Shown: positions 25,122-38,310 of the stretch, one piece after another
Layout: each line of letters starts with the position of its first letter
Position numbering within the stretch: position 1 is the first letter of the stretch
Assembly (NCBI GenBank): GCA_038496445.1
Contig: JALMLS010000467.1
Coordinates: forward strand, 1-55,071
Length of the DNA: 55,071 bases
Direction of reading: 5' to 3'
Source: Trichosphaerium sp. ATCC 40318
Lineage: Eukaryota > Protista > Tubulinea
Notes under the pieces: generated by a model
The model's input: only the letters and a program-made list of their open reading frames with translations
Databases searched by the model: none
What the model was told of the DNA's origin: nothing
Program-made: the position numbers and the translations under genes

Positions 25122-28100
25122 ATGGAATCTCTTCCAATAGAGCTGTTGACACATATTGCTTCACTACTGACACTTCACGAGCGATGGTCGTTATCAACTG
25201 CGTTTAAACTCGCTTCAAAGGCGGTTGCGAGTCCATTAACTTGGCATGCGGTTTCGTTTCATTATTCACCCGTACCGTTCAAATTATGGCGTAGTATAGC
25301 CGGTACGTAACGATTTAAGGTATTTCCGCGGAATCAACGTTTAATAGGAACGTTTGGTCAGTACATTCACTCTTTAGACCTTTTTTCAGCGCCTACAGTA
25401 ATAACGCCACCCTTTCAAATGATCTTGCGAGAATGCCCGCGAATTGAACGTTTGGCAATTCTGAAGTAAGCTAAAACGCACTTTTACGCATGTTGTAAAC
25501 CTTTTTTAGGCCCATTAGCTTAATACCAAGTGCAGACTCTAAAATAGAGCATTCCAGTTCGACACTTACGAAACTAGTCCTTTGTAGTGCTTCACGCCTT
25601 GACTGGGTATTTAATGGTTCGTACTACGTACTTTATAACAACGTCAATGCTTATCACGCATCACAAATTGCGTTTCTGCTCAAGTTATTTTGTTGTACAT
25701 AATCTTCAAAAGCCTGATGTTTTTTTAGTCTCTCAAAGCGATACCTGGTTCATAAACTCTACTACAAACCTTAAAGAATTATGTATCATCCGTAGCGAGT
25801 TTCCTATAACAAAACGTGATCAATTAGCGAAGATATCATCAATATTACCAAATTTAGAAAGACTGGATCTTACTCTTTCTTGTTCTTCTGAAGCATGTCA
25901 AGTTCTTTCAGATCCGAATGTTTTCCCAAATCTACATACATTTTATTGTCCTATAAAAAGCAATAAGCATCAAACTGATGTAATCGAAGAGAGTATTAAA
26001 TCAAAAAGGGAAAAAAAACTCAATATAACATTGAACGCTCCTTTATTGACTTGGATGCCGAGTAATAGATTCAAGTTATCTGATGATATAAAATGGTCAG
26101 TTTCAACAATTACAGAATTCTTTACCCTCCTTGGATCATCAAACCCTCCTGTATTAACGCCCAGTATTGCTATGAATCTACCTATTGATGAAATGTATCA
26201 AACATTAACAAAAGCTTGTCGAGATGTTTTTACTTCAACTCTACCTCACCCGTATACTCTTTTAATACCAAAGGTACACTGGTTATTAATGAGCACTTTG
26301 GATTGTTTTCTCTCAGGGTTGTAGGTGTTAAAGTGCTAACATTTCTTCGTTAGATTGCCTTTCTTTTAAAGTTTTCACTTCTTGCTGCATTTGGGACTGA
26401 TCATAAGACTATGGTTTTCTTTTCTAATGCTGTACACTTTACAATAACTATAAATGATCTCCTGGCATCTATCTGGATAGTACCAGTAGTGGCAAAATCC
26501 ATTTTTACAAAAGTACGCTTTATTCTTTACATTCCTTTTATTTTCTTAACTTTTTAATCTTTTTTTTAGAACATAAAGCTGACGAAGAGATATCAAGGCT
26601 TACTCTTGTTTTATGCTATCGTATTGGTACTTACTTTAAAACGATTAAATATAAACTCACAAAGACCTATAGAATAGATATGCAATTGTAAAGACGTTGA
26701 TAGACATTGGTTGTGATGCAAACGCACCTTGCCCATTTTTAGAGTATAAAAAGTTTCTTAGCAAGTATGAAGCAATAAATGCTAATCACCTTTTTCATGA
26801 TGACTGTACTCATGGATATATTCCACAACTTACATGCACGTGATAACATTTTAATAACTTCAAAGTGTTAATACCAATCATAGTACTCGCTAAAGATCAA
26901 GTCACCCCAATGACCCTTGCAATGACTATGAATAAAAAGCGTGCGGTTGAGATATTACTTCAAGCGCCTAGTTTAGAGTATGGTCCTCACGTGTCTGTTT
27001 GGTACTAATGTATTTATTCTAGTTTGAGTACATCTATAACGCGCATACCAAGGACTATAGCAAAAGGAAGCACGATTGTTCATTTTTTTGTGAGTACACG
27101 TGATGTGAAATCTTTGAGGGTTTTGTGTTCAAGCAAACATGAAATACGACTTCCTGAGGGTGGTATTAACGCAATGGGTACTACTTTCCAAAGTCCCTTT
27201 GGTTCTCATATAATATAATATAGACGCTAATGGGCATACTCCTTTACACATTCTTTGTTCCGAGTATGGAGATAACGAGCAGGCGGTTGATGTTTTTCAG
27301 GTATAGAAAAAAAAATTACTTTGTGTAACCTGACTCTTCAAATAGACGCTTATTACTTTTGGTGCTTCTTTGGACTGTATTCAACAAAATGATATTTCTT
27401 TACTTCATTTGGCATTAAGTAAGAATCAAATTTATACCTTTGTCTCTAATAGCCAACAGGATCAACAAAAAAGTTTCACAACTATGATTTAATACCTAGA
27501 TTGATAAATGCATACTATGTTGAAATTGTACCAAAGTTATTACAAAACCTATTCGCTGTACCATTCACAGATGGTCTTTATGCTGGTATGGCTCCTATAC
27601 ATATTATGATGAAATACTCGAGCTATCATTCACGATCATGGCTTGATGTACTAGCTAATCTTGGAGTTGACATTGGTACTTTACTTTTCATTGGGAAATG
27701 TTTAGCAACAAAACTGACAATACATTTACTTCCAGATTTGACAACTTCTGATGGAGATACATGTCTACTGAGTATGCAAAGTATACTATTTAATAATATA
27801 TTGACTTTGTACTTTAGTAGCAGCAAGGCATAGAATGATAAATGTTATTCATAAACTTATTAACATTGGAGCAAATTGGCGTATCTCAAATGATAATGAC
27901 CAAAATATACTTCACATTGCTATTGAAGTTGATGAAGCTGCTGCAATTTGTATCATACGCACATACCCGAGAATACTAGAATACCATATTAACAACTACG
28001 TATGATATCCTAATAATATGTATCAAACCATATCTTCTAACCACTTGTTTCAGGACAACAAAGGACAGACGCTTTTAATGTAAGCACTGTTTTTTTTGTT

Positions 28101-28672
28101 TTTGTCAAAGTTTGCATGTACCATTACATTAGTTACTCATAGTTATTAGGTATGCATCCAAGAGAGATTATATAACACTTGTTAAGTTGCTGCTCACTTA
28201 CAATACAAAAGTGTCAGGTAAGGGGTAAAACAAACCCAAAAAAAAGCTTCAGCTGTTTTTGGATTTTCTAAATATTGACATGCATACTTTAGCTTGCGAT
28301 GATCAAGGGTTAACAGCGTTTGATCATGCAGAGGAAAATAAATCCTATAAAGTTGTGTCACACCTAAAATCGATACGAGTCACACATGAAAGGAATTCGA
28401 ATACAACAAAAAGAAGGCTTCCTAGCCTTCCTAGACTATCAAGATTAGAGCCAGCTCAAAATCTTTACAACGAGGAATTTCGGGAACACAGACCAAAAAG
28501 GTATGTGGCTATTCATAGTGCCATGACTGCATTGCAGTCCATTCGAACAAAATATAATCAAGGATATCATTACATTGTACGAAAACCTTGCGTTAATGTT
28601 TTTCTTAGAAAATTTAAATTCAGCTCTAAAAATAGAAGGAAAAGTAAACGGCATAGAAGAAAACCACCCTAA
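25122..28672 (+). CDS. F-box + LRR-like + ankyrin-repeat protein, multi-exon
   Basis: MESLPIELLTHIASLL (F-box), LKELCI / LPNLERLDL / FPNLHTF (LRR-like), then ankyrin motifs GHTPLHILC, GDTCLL, DQNILHIA and QGLTAFDHA. Confidence 0.75.
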
Positions 28673-29120
28673 ACCTCAGTATGAAACTGTTAGAAGTATT
28701 TTAAATAATAAATAATAAATAATAAATAGGCTATTAGCAACAGCTTTGCCTATACTAAACTGAGATAGCGAAAGGGCACAGTTTTTGCACAAGTTTTACA
28801 ATTTTATCAAAATTGTAGAAATTCACCATCGTTTTTATCTTATACAGTACAATATACAAACTGGTACTGTATTTTTGGTGAGTGTGACAAGCGTGTAAGG
28901 CCTTGTGAAAACGTAGGTGTGATTACAAAGATAGCATAGACACAAATAGCTTATGAATTCAAAAAAAATAGTGTGCTTTCAACTTACCAAGAACAAGTTG
29001 GGAGTCCTAGTTACCCTCCAAGATACTGCAAGTATAGGGTGTTGATATGCAGCTCAAAACAAAAAGATCCATGGAACCGAAGCTCCAAGATTAATTAGAC
29101 AATTTAATAAGGAATTACTG

Positions 29121-29591
29121 ATGGATCTGGGAGGAGTACATACCATCAATCTTGAGAAGACTTCAGTGACAAATGAAGGTGTCAAAGCTATTGCAGGAGT
29201 ACATACTATCAATCTTAACAACACTTCAGTGACAGATGAAGGTGTCAAAGCTATTGCAGGAGTACATACTATTTCCCTTCGCAGCACTTCAGTAACTGAT
29301 GAAGGTGTCAAAGCTCTTGCAGGAGTACATACTATCAATCTTGACTACACTTCAGTGACAGATGAAGGTGTCAAAGCTATTGCAGGAGTACATACTATTA
29401 ATCTTGGCAACACTTCAGTGACAGATGAAGGTGTCAAAGCTCTTGCAGGAGTACATACTATCAATCTTAACTACACTTCCGTGACAGATGAAAGCATCAA
29501 AGAACTTGTTGGTGCTCATAAAATTAGCGCTTGGGGTACAAATGGAGTAACAAATGAAGCTATCAGATCTTGCACACATAAAAATCGTTAA
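29121..29591 (+). CDS. Intronless 24-aa leucine-rich repeat protein (possibly a fragment)
   Basis: GVHTINLxxTSVTDEGVKA[IL]A units; five near-identical 72-bp repeats plus a degenerate sixth. Confidence 0.75.
   Translation: MDLGGVHTINLEKTSVTNEGVKAIAGVHTINLNNTSVTDEGVKAIAGVHTISLRSTSVTDEGVKALAGVHTINLDYTSVTDEGVKAIAGVHTINLGNTSVTDEGVKALAGVHTINLNYTSVTDESIKELVGAHKISAWGTNGVTNEAIRSCTHKNR
29133..29510 (+). repeat. 72-bp coding tandem repeat
   Basis: ggagtacatactatcaatctt-N6-acttcagtgacagatgaaggtgtcaaagct.ttgca recurs every 72 bp. Confidence 0.95.
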
Positions 29592-29815
29592 GGTTGCTCA
29601 ATTTTTAGTATCAAAGCTCTTTTGACAGCAGGTTGAATCAGGAAAAGATCAATGAATAATTCTTCATTTTATTTCAATAATAATAAATAACAAAATAATG
29701 TTGTTTTGCACTATCAATATATCCTTTTGTTGCCATGTGACCAATGTAATATAGCCCCGTGTCCAGTGGATGTAACAGTGAGCATGAGTGTTTTAAAGGA
29801 ACTCAGCAGGGAATC

Positions 29816-30506
29816 TAGCTGAAGCAGGACATAAAGTCAAGATATTCAAGAGCAGAAACTTGTATTCAGTATTTTTTATTATTTGATAGTAAAAAAAAAA
29901 CGAAAGGTTGGATATCTTTTGAATAGTTTAGTGATTTTCGGATACCTTTTACAGTAGACAACAAGGCAAATACACATATAATACATATAGTATCCATTTT
30001 GAAACAACAACTCCTAATCCTAGTTTCCATGTTGATGGTGCATAATCCAAGCACTCTCTACTCTCTGCAACAAGTACAGTGCCAGCAATTATAGATACTA
30101 GTATCATAAAGTAATATGAAAAAATAATCCAATGTATACAACCATAATACTTGTAAACTATGCCAAACCATAAACAAACAAGGCAACATGTTAAGTTGAA
30201 CACAATGGAGAAAACACCATCACTTATCGTCCACGCCAAGACCCACAACTAAAGAAAAGGTCATTATCTAGTAGGAGTAAGGCTATAAGCTTTTGTCGTA
30301 CAAGCGGTTTCCTTGCATTTATTATTCCCATAGAACACTGCCAAGAATATTTGAAGAATTGAGAATAAGTAAATAAATGAGGAGCATACAAACCAATAAA
30401 AAAGATTTATACTTCTAATTCGCTTGTCTCTTTCCATCTTTTCATAAAAATCTTCTTCAGAAAAGCACTCACTGCCAAACTGCTTTTCTATCGCTGCCAA
30501 TGTCAT
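29816..30506 (-). CDS. Small multi-pass membrane protein of unknown function
   Basis: Several hydrophobic helices across ORFs 30264-30506 and 29949-30248, joined by plausible introns; 3' end approximate. Confidence 0.5.
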
Positions 30507-31104
30507 ACCATATTTATTAGCAAAAAGATTGTGCTCTCTAATGCATAAAGCCAGTTCTTTGACACAAAACGTGATATCAAAGCTTCGTTAAGGGAAAGAT
30601 ATCCAAAAATGTGACAAATAATCAAGTGGTAAAACAGCAAAGAGAGTACTAGCATTGCTACCACCTACGATAAAACTACATAAAACTACTACTACATAAA
30701 ATGACATACTCGTAAGCGAAGTTCGCTGCTGTACTATTGTTTCTGTTACCACATCTTTTTGTGTTTTGCTCATTACTTGTGTTAGAGTTATAACTGTAAA
30801 TTAAACCTTTTTGAAGCAATCTATTAGTGGTACATGATTTGAAACGATTCCAGAGATAAAAAACTACCTCGATTTTCTCCAGTGACGTACCACGTAGGTG
30901 TTAAATACGTTAAGTAGTTTTTGTGTTTAATCCTAGGCAAAAAAAATGTCGTTTTCAATAGTGGCTTAACGTTCATCTTGATAAGTTGCATTCATTTTTG
31001 CGTTTACATGAATTTGGTAAAAGACATCAACTAATACTACATCCGTTATTCTTACGTGCATTTAAGATGGTATAAACCTGATACAAAAGCTTTATTTTAC
31101 ATTT

Positions 31105-33682
31105 CTAGTAAGATAAATCATTATAAAGTACTTGCTTTCGGCCACAAGGGCCAGTCAAAGCCCCATATTCATCCCGTATTGAATGCCTACTGCTGTAAGG
31201 ATTCTCGCTACCATATCCAGAGTAGGAGCTTCTAGAAGCAGAATATCCTCTTCTGTTTGCTGGAGCATAACTTCGACTTGCTGAAGTACATCTTCCGTAA
31301 TCACCTGCAGGAGGTCCTTCCATGCGGTTATACGAACTTCTTGCTCCATATTGACTTCTAGATGAGGTGTCTGAGCCAGAATAAGGTCCAGGTCTATGAG
31401 AATAATCGTATGAAGGTGGTTGTATTCCACCTGTGCGTTGTTTATTAGAGCGAGCCTTTCGTCTTTCTTTCGCTCTATTGACGTTTCTGAAATGAGATTG
31501 AAGAGTTGTATTTGTATTTGATTCTAAGCTATCGTTGTATAAAGGTTTTTCAAAATGGTGAGATGTCATAAACTCGTTGAAAGTACTAGAGAAGAGTAAA
31601 TACATTTGAAAAACAAAAGTAAGAAAAAAGCTGGAAAGTAAAATAAAGAAAATATAGCCATTAATGGTCACAAGTGTAGCTTTGTTTCCAAATAAAGAAA
31701 AAATATAATTCAGTATTACGTACTCTGATTGAACTCCATAATGGAACTTAGCTTGGTAAACCAAGTTCTTATCATTGGAGAGAAGCCAAACATCTTTCGA
31801 TACATTATTTCTTGTAAAATACAACGCACAATTTATGATCCACTCATCGCTTGTGCGTGGATCCATGCCCTTTTGGTTATGTTAGAAACGCTATACTAAC
31901 TAATGCAACACAAGAAAAACGGCACAAATCAAAAATAATGTGGTGCACCAGCGAGCTTTTTTCTTCGAATTAGGGCTGTAGTTTGCAAAAAAAACAGTGA
32001 ACAAATACGTACACGATTGAGCTGATAGAACTCCATTTGTCTTTGACCTCTAATATATGGGGAGCTTCTTGTGTTAAACAAAAAGTCATTGGCATGACGT
32101 GCGTCTGCACGTGTATTTGGACTTGAATTATTCTTTAACCCATCAAGTTCTCGGGACACTACAAAAAAACCCAGTCAACAATACAACTAACAAATCACGT
32201 GAAAGAACACGTGACATAAAAAAACAACTTTGGTTGGGTGTCCCAAAGATAATTCATATAGGGGTACGTACCAGCAAGAGGAACAATGATAGAAACGCAC
32301 TTTAAGTCCTCTATAAACTTGATTTGACACAGCTGACTTAAATAGCAATTGGTGTCTATGATCAATACAGTATCACCTGAAATCAACGTGTAAGGATAAC
32401 GTGCTCAACGAAAAACAAGAAAAAGGTAAATCTCGTACATGTGACAGCTGTGTCTTTTGGTTTTTTTGCGTCCTTAACAAGTTGTTCCCATGTCTCAGCT
32501 TCCTCCTGTTTCACTTTAAGCCTCTTGTTTAGCTGAGTACATAGTTGCTCATAGTGTCCGGTGGAGGTCTTTAATTTATCCACTGTCTCTTGCAGCTTTA
32601 TAGCTTTACGCTTTGCTGTATGTAGAAGATCACCAGACGTCTTTGCTGCTAAGGCATAGAGCTTAACATGCTTTGTCTTCTGCTTCAAAATCGTTGTTTG
32701 CTGCTTCTCCTTTTGCAACCGCTTCTGTAGAGCAAAAACGCGGGTTCTTAACGTTCGAGGTGTCATTGTGAGTAACTCAGGCATTGTAACTAAAATAAGA
32801 CGAAAGCTCTGTGAGAAGTAACCCAAAAAATCAGTTTTGGTTTCGTACCTATTTTTGGAGTTGCTGGAGTCGCTGGTGTTGATGGAGTTGTTGGTGAGTG
32901 TTTGGATTTGACGGGAGTCTTGAAACTATCAGCAGGTAAAGTATCCGTAGGTGTCGGTTTCTTAGTAGGTGTTTTGGCAACAGAGACCTTCGCCTTTGGG
33001 GTTACTGCACGTGTGACGACAGGTTTTGGTTTTGAAGTAGTTTGAATCTTTGGTTCAGGCTTGCTCGAAGCCACTGCTTCTCGTTTGATAGGTGGTTCAG
33101 AAGCCTAGAGTATACTTAGATAGTGAACCACAACGCGCACTATGAGGTTCGTACTTGCTTAGATTTTTCTTCTGCTTCACGTGGTTGTTTGGCCGCATTT
33201 AGCTGCTTGGGTTGTCTTGAAAGGTTTCGTTCCTAGTTAAAAATGAACAGCCGTTACAAATCCAAAAATAAAAAAGACGAAAATATCTTACAGAAGAACT
33301 CAAGAAGCTAATTTGAATTGGTTTAACAACTTTAAGCGTTACGCTCTCAGATAGCGATGGATTGGCGATAGTTGCTTTCGGTTTGGATTTACTTTTTGAA
33401 AGGTCGCTAGATAGCGCTTGAGGACGCGTTTTAGAGCGAGTGCGCTTGCTGATGTTCGCTTTGACACGTTACTTTGGAGAAATGAACTGAAACGTACTTG
33501 GTAGCTGTTTGGCTTTTTTAGGAGTTTTAAAGCCTGCACGCACAGACCTTGCCGTGTTGTCACGGTTGTCAATATCTTTTTGACTCAGACCAGCCAAAGG
33601 GCGCCTTTCACATACATTAGACGCTGTAGCGTAGCGTTAAACAAAAAAGACGAGTTTCTCACCTAGTTTTAGCGCTTATCAT
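31105..33682 (-). CDS. PIN-domain protein (Swt1/SMG6-like PIN) with basic and Pro/Thr-rich N-terminus, coiled coil and G/S/Y/R-rich tail
   Basis: TVLIIDTNCYL, IIVPLAV-SRELDGLK, ARHANDFL, SDEWIINCA and VWLLSNDKNL give the acidic PIN active-site pattern. Confidence 0.8.
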
Positions 33683-33818
33683 TTTATTTATCTCTTACAC
33701 CCACAAGAGTAATACTTGCAGGCCAGTACAACGTAACAGGTTTGATTCTGACCTTTTAGCGGGAGCAAGGACTTAGTTTGAATAAAAAATATTGCGGTTA
33801 CAAAAATTAAATAATAAA

Positions 33819-35901
33819 TTACAATATCTCTTCTACAAGTCTTGGTGGAGCGAGCTTACTGCTCGATATTGTTTCACACGTATTGATTACAGCAGCAGGA
33901 GGTGTTGCTATATTCTTAGACTCTTCTGTATAATCGCCTTTCGACTGGCCTTCTGATCCCGTTTGTTCATGTTTGTAAAGCAAGTCGTTTGTACGTAGAT
34001 GCGTCTCAATAATTGTTGGCCTATATTGTAGCGAGGTAAGCCTTGTTTACGTATTTTTCAGGAAAATGTTAATGCGCACGTGTCACCAGTTGTTGAGTCC
34101 CGTTTACCTCCTTTTCTTGGTGGTCGAAGAGCAAATAGTTGTATAGTAATAAGAGAACACATAACAACCCAAACAAACCAGAAAAATATGAGTTCAGATG
34201 CAGGATGGAAGGTGACTCCAGTACTACAGGATAGTAAGATAAACTCAAGGGTTTTTAACTAGGACGCACAATAGGACAATGAAGAGAGTGTATACAGCCA
34301 TTATACCAATTATTATCGCGTACAGTTCGTATTTAATCTAGGAAATGATAAAGTCAGTTTTGTCAAAAACATGTGCTTACAATACGTAAGTGTCTCTTTG
34401 TGTCTTTACTTCTAACTTTTATCTTTTCCACGCGTTGTTTTAAACGTACAAGAGTTACAACACAATAAGTTAAAACGATTGTGAACCCTATAATATCCAA
34501 GCAAGGCGAGATCAAAAGAACAAAAATCGATGGCCTCTAGAAAGTTGACAAAAGTGATTAATTGATCTAAGTATAGCTTGTCCCTACCTCCATTACAGCG
34601 CTAATAGATGATACAACTAATTCTTGTACGATTAAAAAAGTAATCCAGACATAGAATACCCACCTGGAGCTTATGATAAGAAAAGAAGAAAGAAGTAAAA
34701 ACTTTCTGTACTCACCTAAAACTTGGCAACCTTGGATGAAGCTGAACCCTCAGAGACCCCAAAAGTGTGTGCCTGAAATGTACGATGGGTATAAAAGATA
34801 GTATAAACTCAAAAAACCTTACCACCATAGCGTCATTAGAAACAAAGGCGCTAACACTATCGGCAAAGGAAGCGCGAATATAACACCACGTGCCCACCAA
34901 GGAAGAAGACGACGCATGCCCAATGGATCCGTAGAAAACACAAAAAGCATCTCTATCGATGCTATAAAGCATAACACCACGGCTGCTAAACCTACAGTAG
35001 GTTTACAACCGCCAAAATGAATAGCAAGCTTATAAATCCTAAACAAATTATATGATTTGTTGAAACAAAAGGTGGTTTTTTTATGCCAGCATTCTTTGCC
35101 CGCAACATACCTGGCTAAAGCAAATGCAGTATTGAATAGAGCAAATATGATAAGACTACCCTGCCACGCCCACGCCCATCCAGACTCATAAACGGTAATG
35201 TATTCATTAGGTTCTATTCCTCAACGTCAATTCTTGAAAGCGCTAGTTCTAAAAAAAACTTGCCTGTTTCGATGCACACTATCACGGTTTTATTTTTTTC
35301 CCACGTGATAAAATTAAAGTCACTTTCTTTAGCTGTAACTATTGGTACATGAATATCACTTGTTTTGCTTCCATCGATTTTGTACATCTCCTGAAAATTG
35401 AAAAAAGGCTAAGCTGTAATCCTTTTATAGTTCCTATTAGTATTTTTTCTTACGTTTCCTGGTTCACGTGGAGTGAATACTGCACAAATTACAGCAATGA
35501 CACCTTCTGCTTGTAATTTTCTATACTCTGGTTCATAAGGGGTATCACAACCTCGAAGTAATACTATCTTATCTAAAAACAACGCTGTAAATAAACTTGC
35601 GGCATTTGGTAAAAGAAATCAAAACCAAAAAAAAATTCAAAAAAAGATAAATTAAAAAATGACCGCACCCGTTTTGTTTGAGTGTGTTGAATCAACAAGC
35701 TGACCAAAGACAGGGCTGAAATTTACAGTATTACCATCGTATTTCTGTGGCCATACGCGTATATATGTATTTGATAGCGTTTTAGGAGATACAACACGTA
35801 TTATCGCGAACACGTGAGGTAGTAATAATAGTACTAGAAAAAAGACTAAATTAGCTGTCAAAAAACTACTGTGTGGTACCTATAGGTATAATCTTAATCA
35901 T
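33819..35901 (-). CDS. PA-domain + multi-TM (7TM-like) membrane protein, paralogue 1
   Basis: Signal peptide, PA-like KIVLLRGCD.PYE...LQAEGVIAVI...IHVPIVT, then about seven hydrophobic helices; same exon layout as the other two copies. Confidence 0.75.
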
Positions 35902-36072
35902 AATACCCAAGATGTAGTGTTTCGGTATCACAAAGGTATTTATTTTATGCACAGCGTGACTAAACGACGGAGTAATTAATGAAACATAGAGTCACGTTTA
36001 TTGTTACAAAGTTGATTAAATCAAAAAAAGAATGTCTTCTTGGACAATACAATACAATAGTATCCCGAGTTT

Positions 36073-38165
36073 TTATGTCTCTTCTATAGTCGTAATCTCG
36101 CCAACTGTGGCTACAGTCTTCTCAAGTTTTGTATCACTCAAGGTACCTTGAGGAGAAGATTGAGAGGAAGATTCTTCATTTTTGTATCTATCATTTGTTT
36201 TCATATTCATATCGATGATAGTCGGCCTACAAGATTACAATACATTACATGTTTGTAAGATAAAATAAAAAGCGTACTTTGCAGACTTATTGGCGGAAGA
36301 ATCAGATTTGCTTGTGCTTCTAGGAGGGTGTAATGAAACAAGTTGAACAGTTATCAATGCACTCATGATTAAGGAAAAAAACCACTCCCATAATACCCAC
36401 CCAGTAGGCTGTCCAGTAACTCCAGCCCTTAAAAAAAAATAAGAAAATATCGGTACATTTAGCAACCAACACGTGGTGTCAGTAAACAACGTACAGCAAC
36501 GAAATGAATATGAGGTATGCAAAAAATATAACTATGACAACAGCGTACAGTTGTGCTCTTATCTGTAAACGAGGTAAGTATGTACAAGCACAAAAACATA
36601 ACAGTACTGTACCAGAAATAGCTGTTTTCTTGTTTCACTGTTTTTTCCTTGTATTTTCTTTACTCTTCGTTTTAACCGATAAAGAGTAATGCAACAATAA
36701 ACCAATACTATAGTGTATCCAATAAAGTATAGTGTAGGAGAAATAGCTTGAACGATTGCTGGGAACTGAAAGAAATAAGAAAGTGTTTTCTACTACTGTT
36801 CATACCCGAAACAATATGTCTGCTATTGATATTGCTATCTCTTGAACAATAAGAAACGTGACCCAAGCATAGAATATCCACCTTTTTAAATAACTTACAT
36901 TAACACATTCTATGCTATAAATTATAGAAAAGATAATACCTGAAACGTGGGAGACCAGGATGAACCTGAAACTTGAGTGACTTCAAAAGAGTGTGCCTAA
37001 AAATAAAAAGATGAGGAAAAAAAACGCAAGAAAAGTAGGTACCACCACAAGGCCATTAAAAATAGAGGTGCAATCACAATTGGTACTGGTAATGTCTGTA
37101 TAAATGCTGTTTATAATAAAAAAATATGAGATTCTTTACTGGATTGTATTAACACTATGTACCTCTAAACCAAAAGGGACTTCGTCTTCTGCATCCTAAA
37201 GGGTCCACAGAAAAATGTATGAGCAGACCTTAATGAAAGTGTTATGAAGGACTCACATAGTAATACTATAATACCTATGGTTGAAACCAGGCATAATATC
37301 ATACAGCATAATCCAACAGTCATCTTACAACTACCATAGTACCTTACCAGCCTAACAATTCTTTGATACAAAACAAGTTAGTGTGGAATAGTTCAGCGTT
37401 CTATACGTACCTGTATACAGCAAATACAGCATTGAATAAACTGATTGCAATTAAAGATATTTGCCATGCCCACATCCATCCAGATTCGAATAAATCTATG
37501 AACTCATTGCGTTCTGAAATGTGTCAAAATACACAACAATAATTAAACAAATGGAATCTCAACAATTACCTGTTATCAGTTGAATGAATAGTGTTTGGTT
37601 TGGTTGTAAGATAGCTTCCATATCTTCAATAAGCACTGTGACTATCGGTACATTTATGTCAGTTGTGTCACTCCCGTCAAGAACATACATTTCCTGAACA
37701 ACAAACAAATAAGGATAGAATACCCAAAAAACAGAATTACGTTTCCAGCCAAGTCCCGAGGAGGCCCTAATATTGCGCACAACACTGCAATAGCTCCTTC
37801 GTCTTGTAATTTACGATACTTCGGTTCGTAAGGCTTGTCGCAAGTTCGTATGAGAACGATTTTTCCTACAATGGACTAAATGGGCTACTAAGCCGCTTAA
37901 TATGTATGAATTACCTGTTTTATTTGAGTGAGTGGTGTCAACAAGCTGACCTCGGACAGGGCTGAAATCTACAGTATTACCATCGTATTTTTGAGGCCAC
38001 ACGCGTATAGATACGTTTGATAACGTCTGAGGTGTTATTACGTGTATTGACGCAAAGACTTGCAATACTATAATTAAAAACGCTAATCGGGTAACAATTA
38101 GATTTAAAACAATAAATATCAACGTTAGACATGACATTACCAAGTATATGCGTACAACCAGCCAT
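36073..38165 (-). CDS. PA-domain + multi-TM (7TM-like) membrane protein, paralogue 2
   Basis: Starts MAGCTHILG; homologous exons (RVWPQKYDGNTVDFSPV, HPGLPRFR, PTGWVLW). The retroelement 3' end lies 43 bp upstream of its ATG. Confidence 0.75.
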
Positions 38166-38195
38166 CTTTGTTAAAAACAAATAACATCCGAAAGG

Positions 38196-38208
38196 TTTCG
38201 GAGTTTTA
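38196..38208 (+). repeat. Target-site duplication, left copy (TTTCGGAGTTTTA)
   Basis: Identical 13-mer at 46203-46215 on the other side of the element. Confidence 0.92.
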
Positions 38209-38232
38209 GTTAGTTTATTGTTATTTTGTTAA

Positions 38233-38298
38233 GGCAGGTCATTGAACAAAGCGCCCTAAAGTCGCATTCTCTTCCCCTGAAGATTGTTCGATTCTGCC
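38233..38298 (-). ncRNA. Structured 3' UTR (multi-stem) of the retroelement
   Basis: Nested pairings GGCAG/CUGCC and GAACAA/UUGUUC enclose a UCUUC-AGGG-GAAGA hairpin and a weaker GCG...CGC hairpin. Confidence 0.65.
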
Positions 38299-38310
38299 GT
38301 GTTAGATTTA

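Noticed and set aside
29054-29338. Repetitive minus-strand ORF
   Set aside because: Antisense shadow of the LRR repeat array.
29133-29510. Regular repeats with short variable parts resembling a CRISPR array
   Set aside because: 72-bp in-frame coding LRR units with ~6-nt variable parts; eukaryotic context and no cas genes.
38275-38300. CTGAAGA resembling a hammerhead core on the plus strand
   Set aside because: No correctly placed stem II plus GAAA and no cleavage triplet; it is simply the complement of the 3' UTR hairpin.
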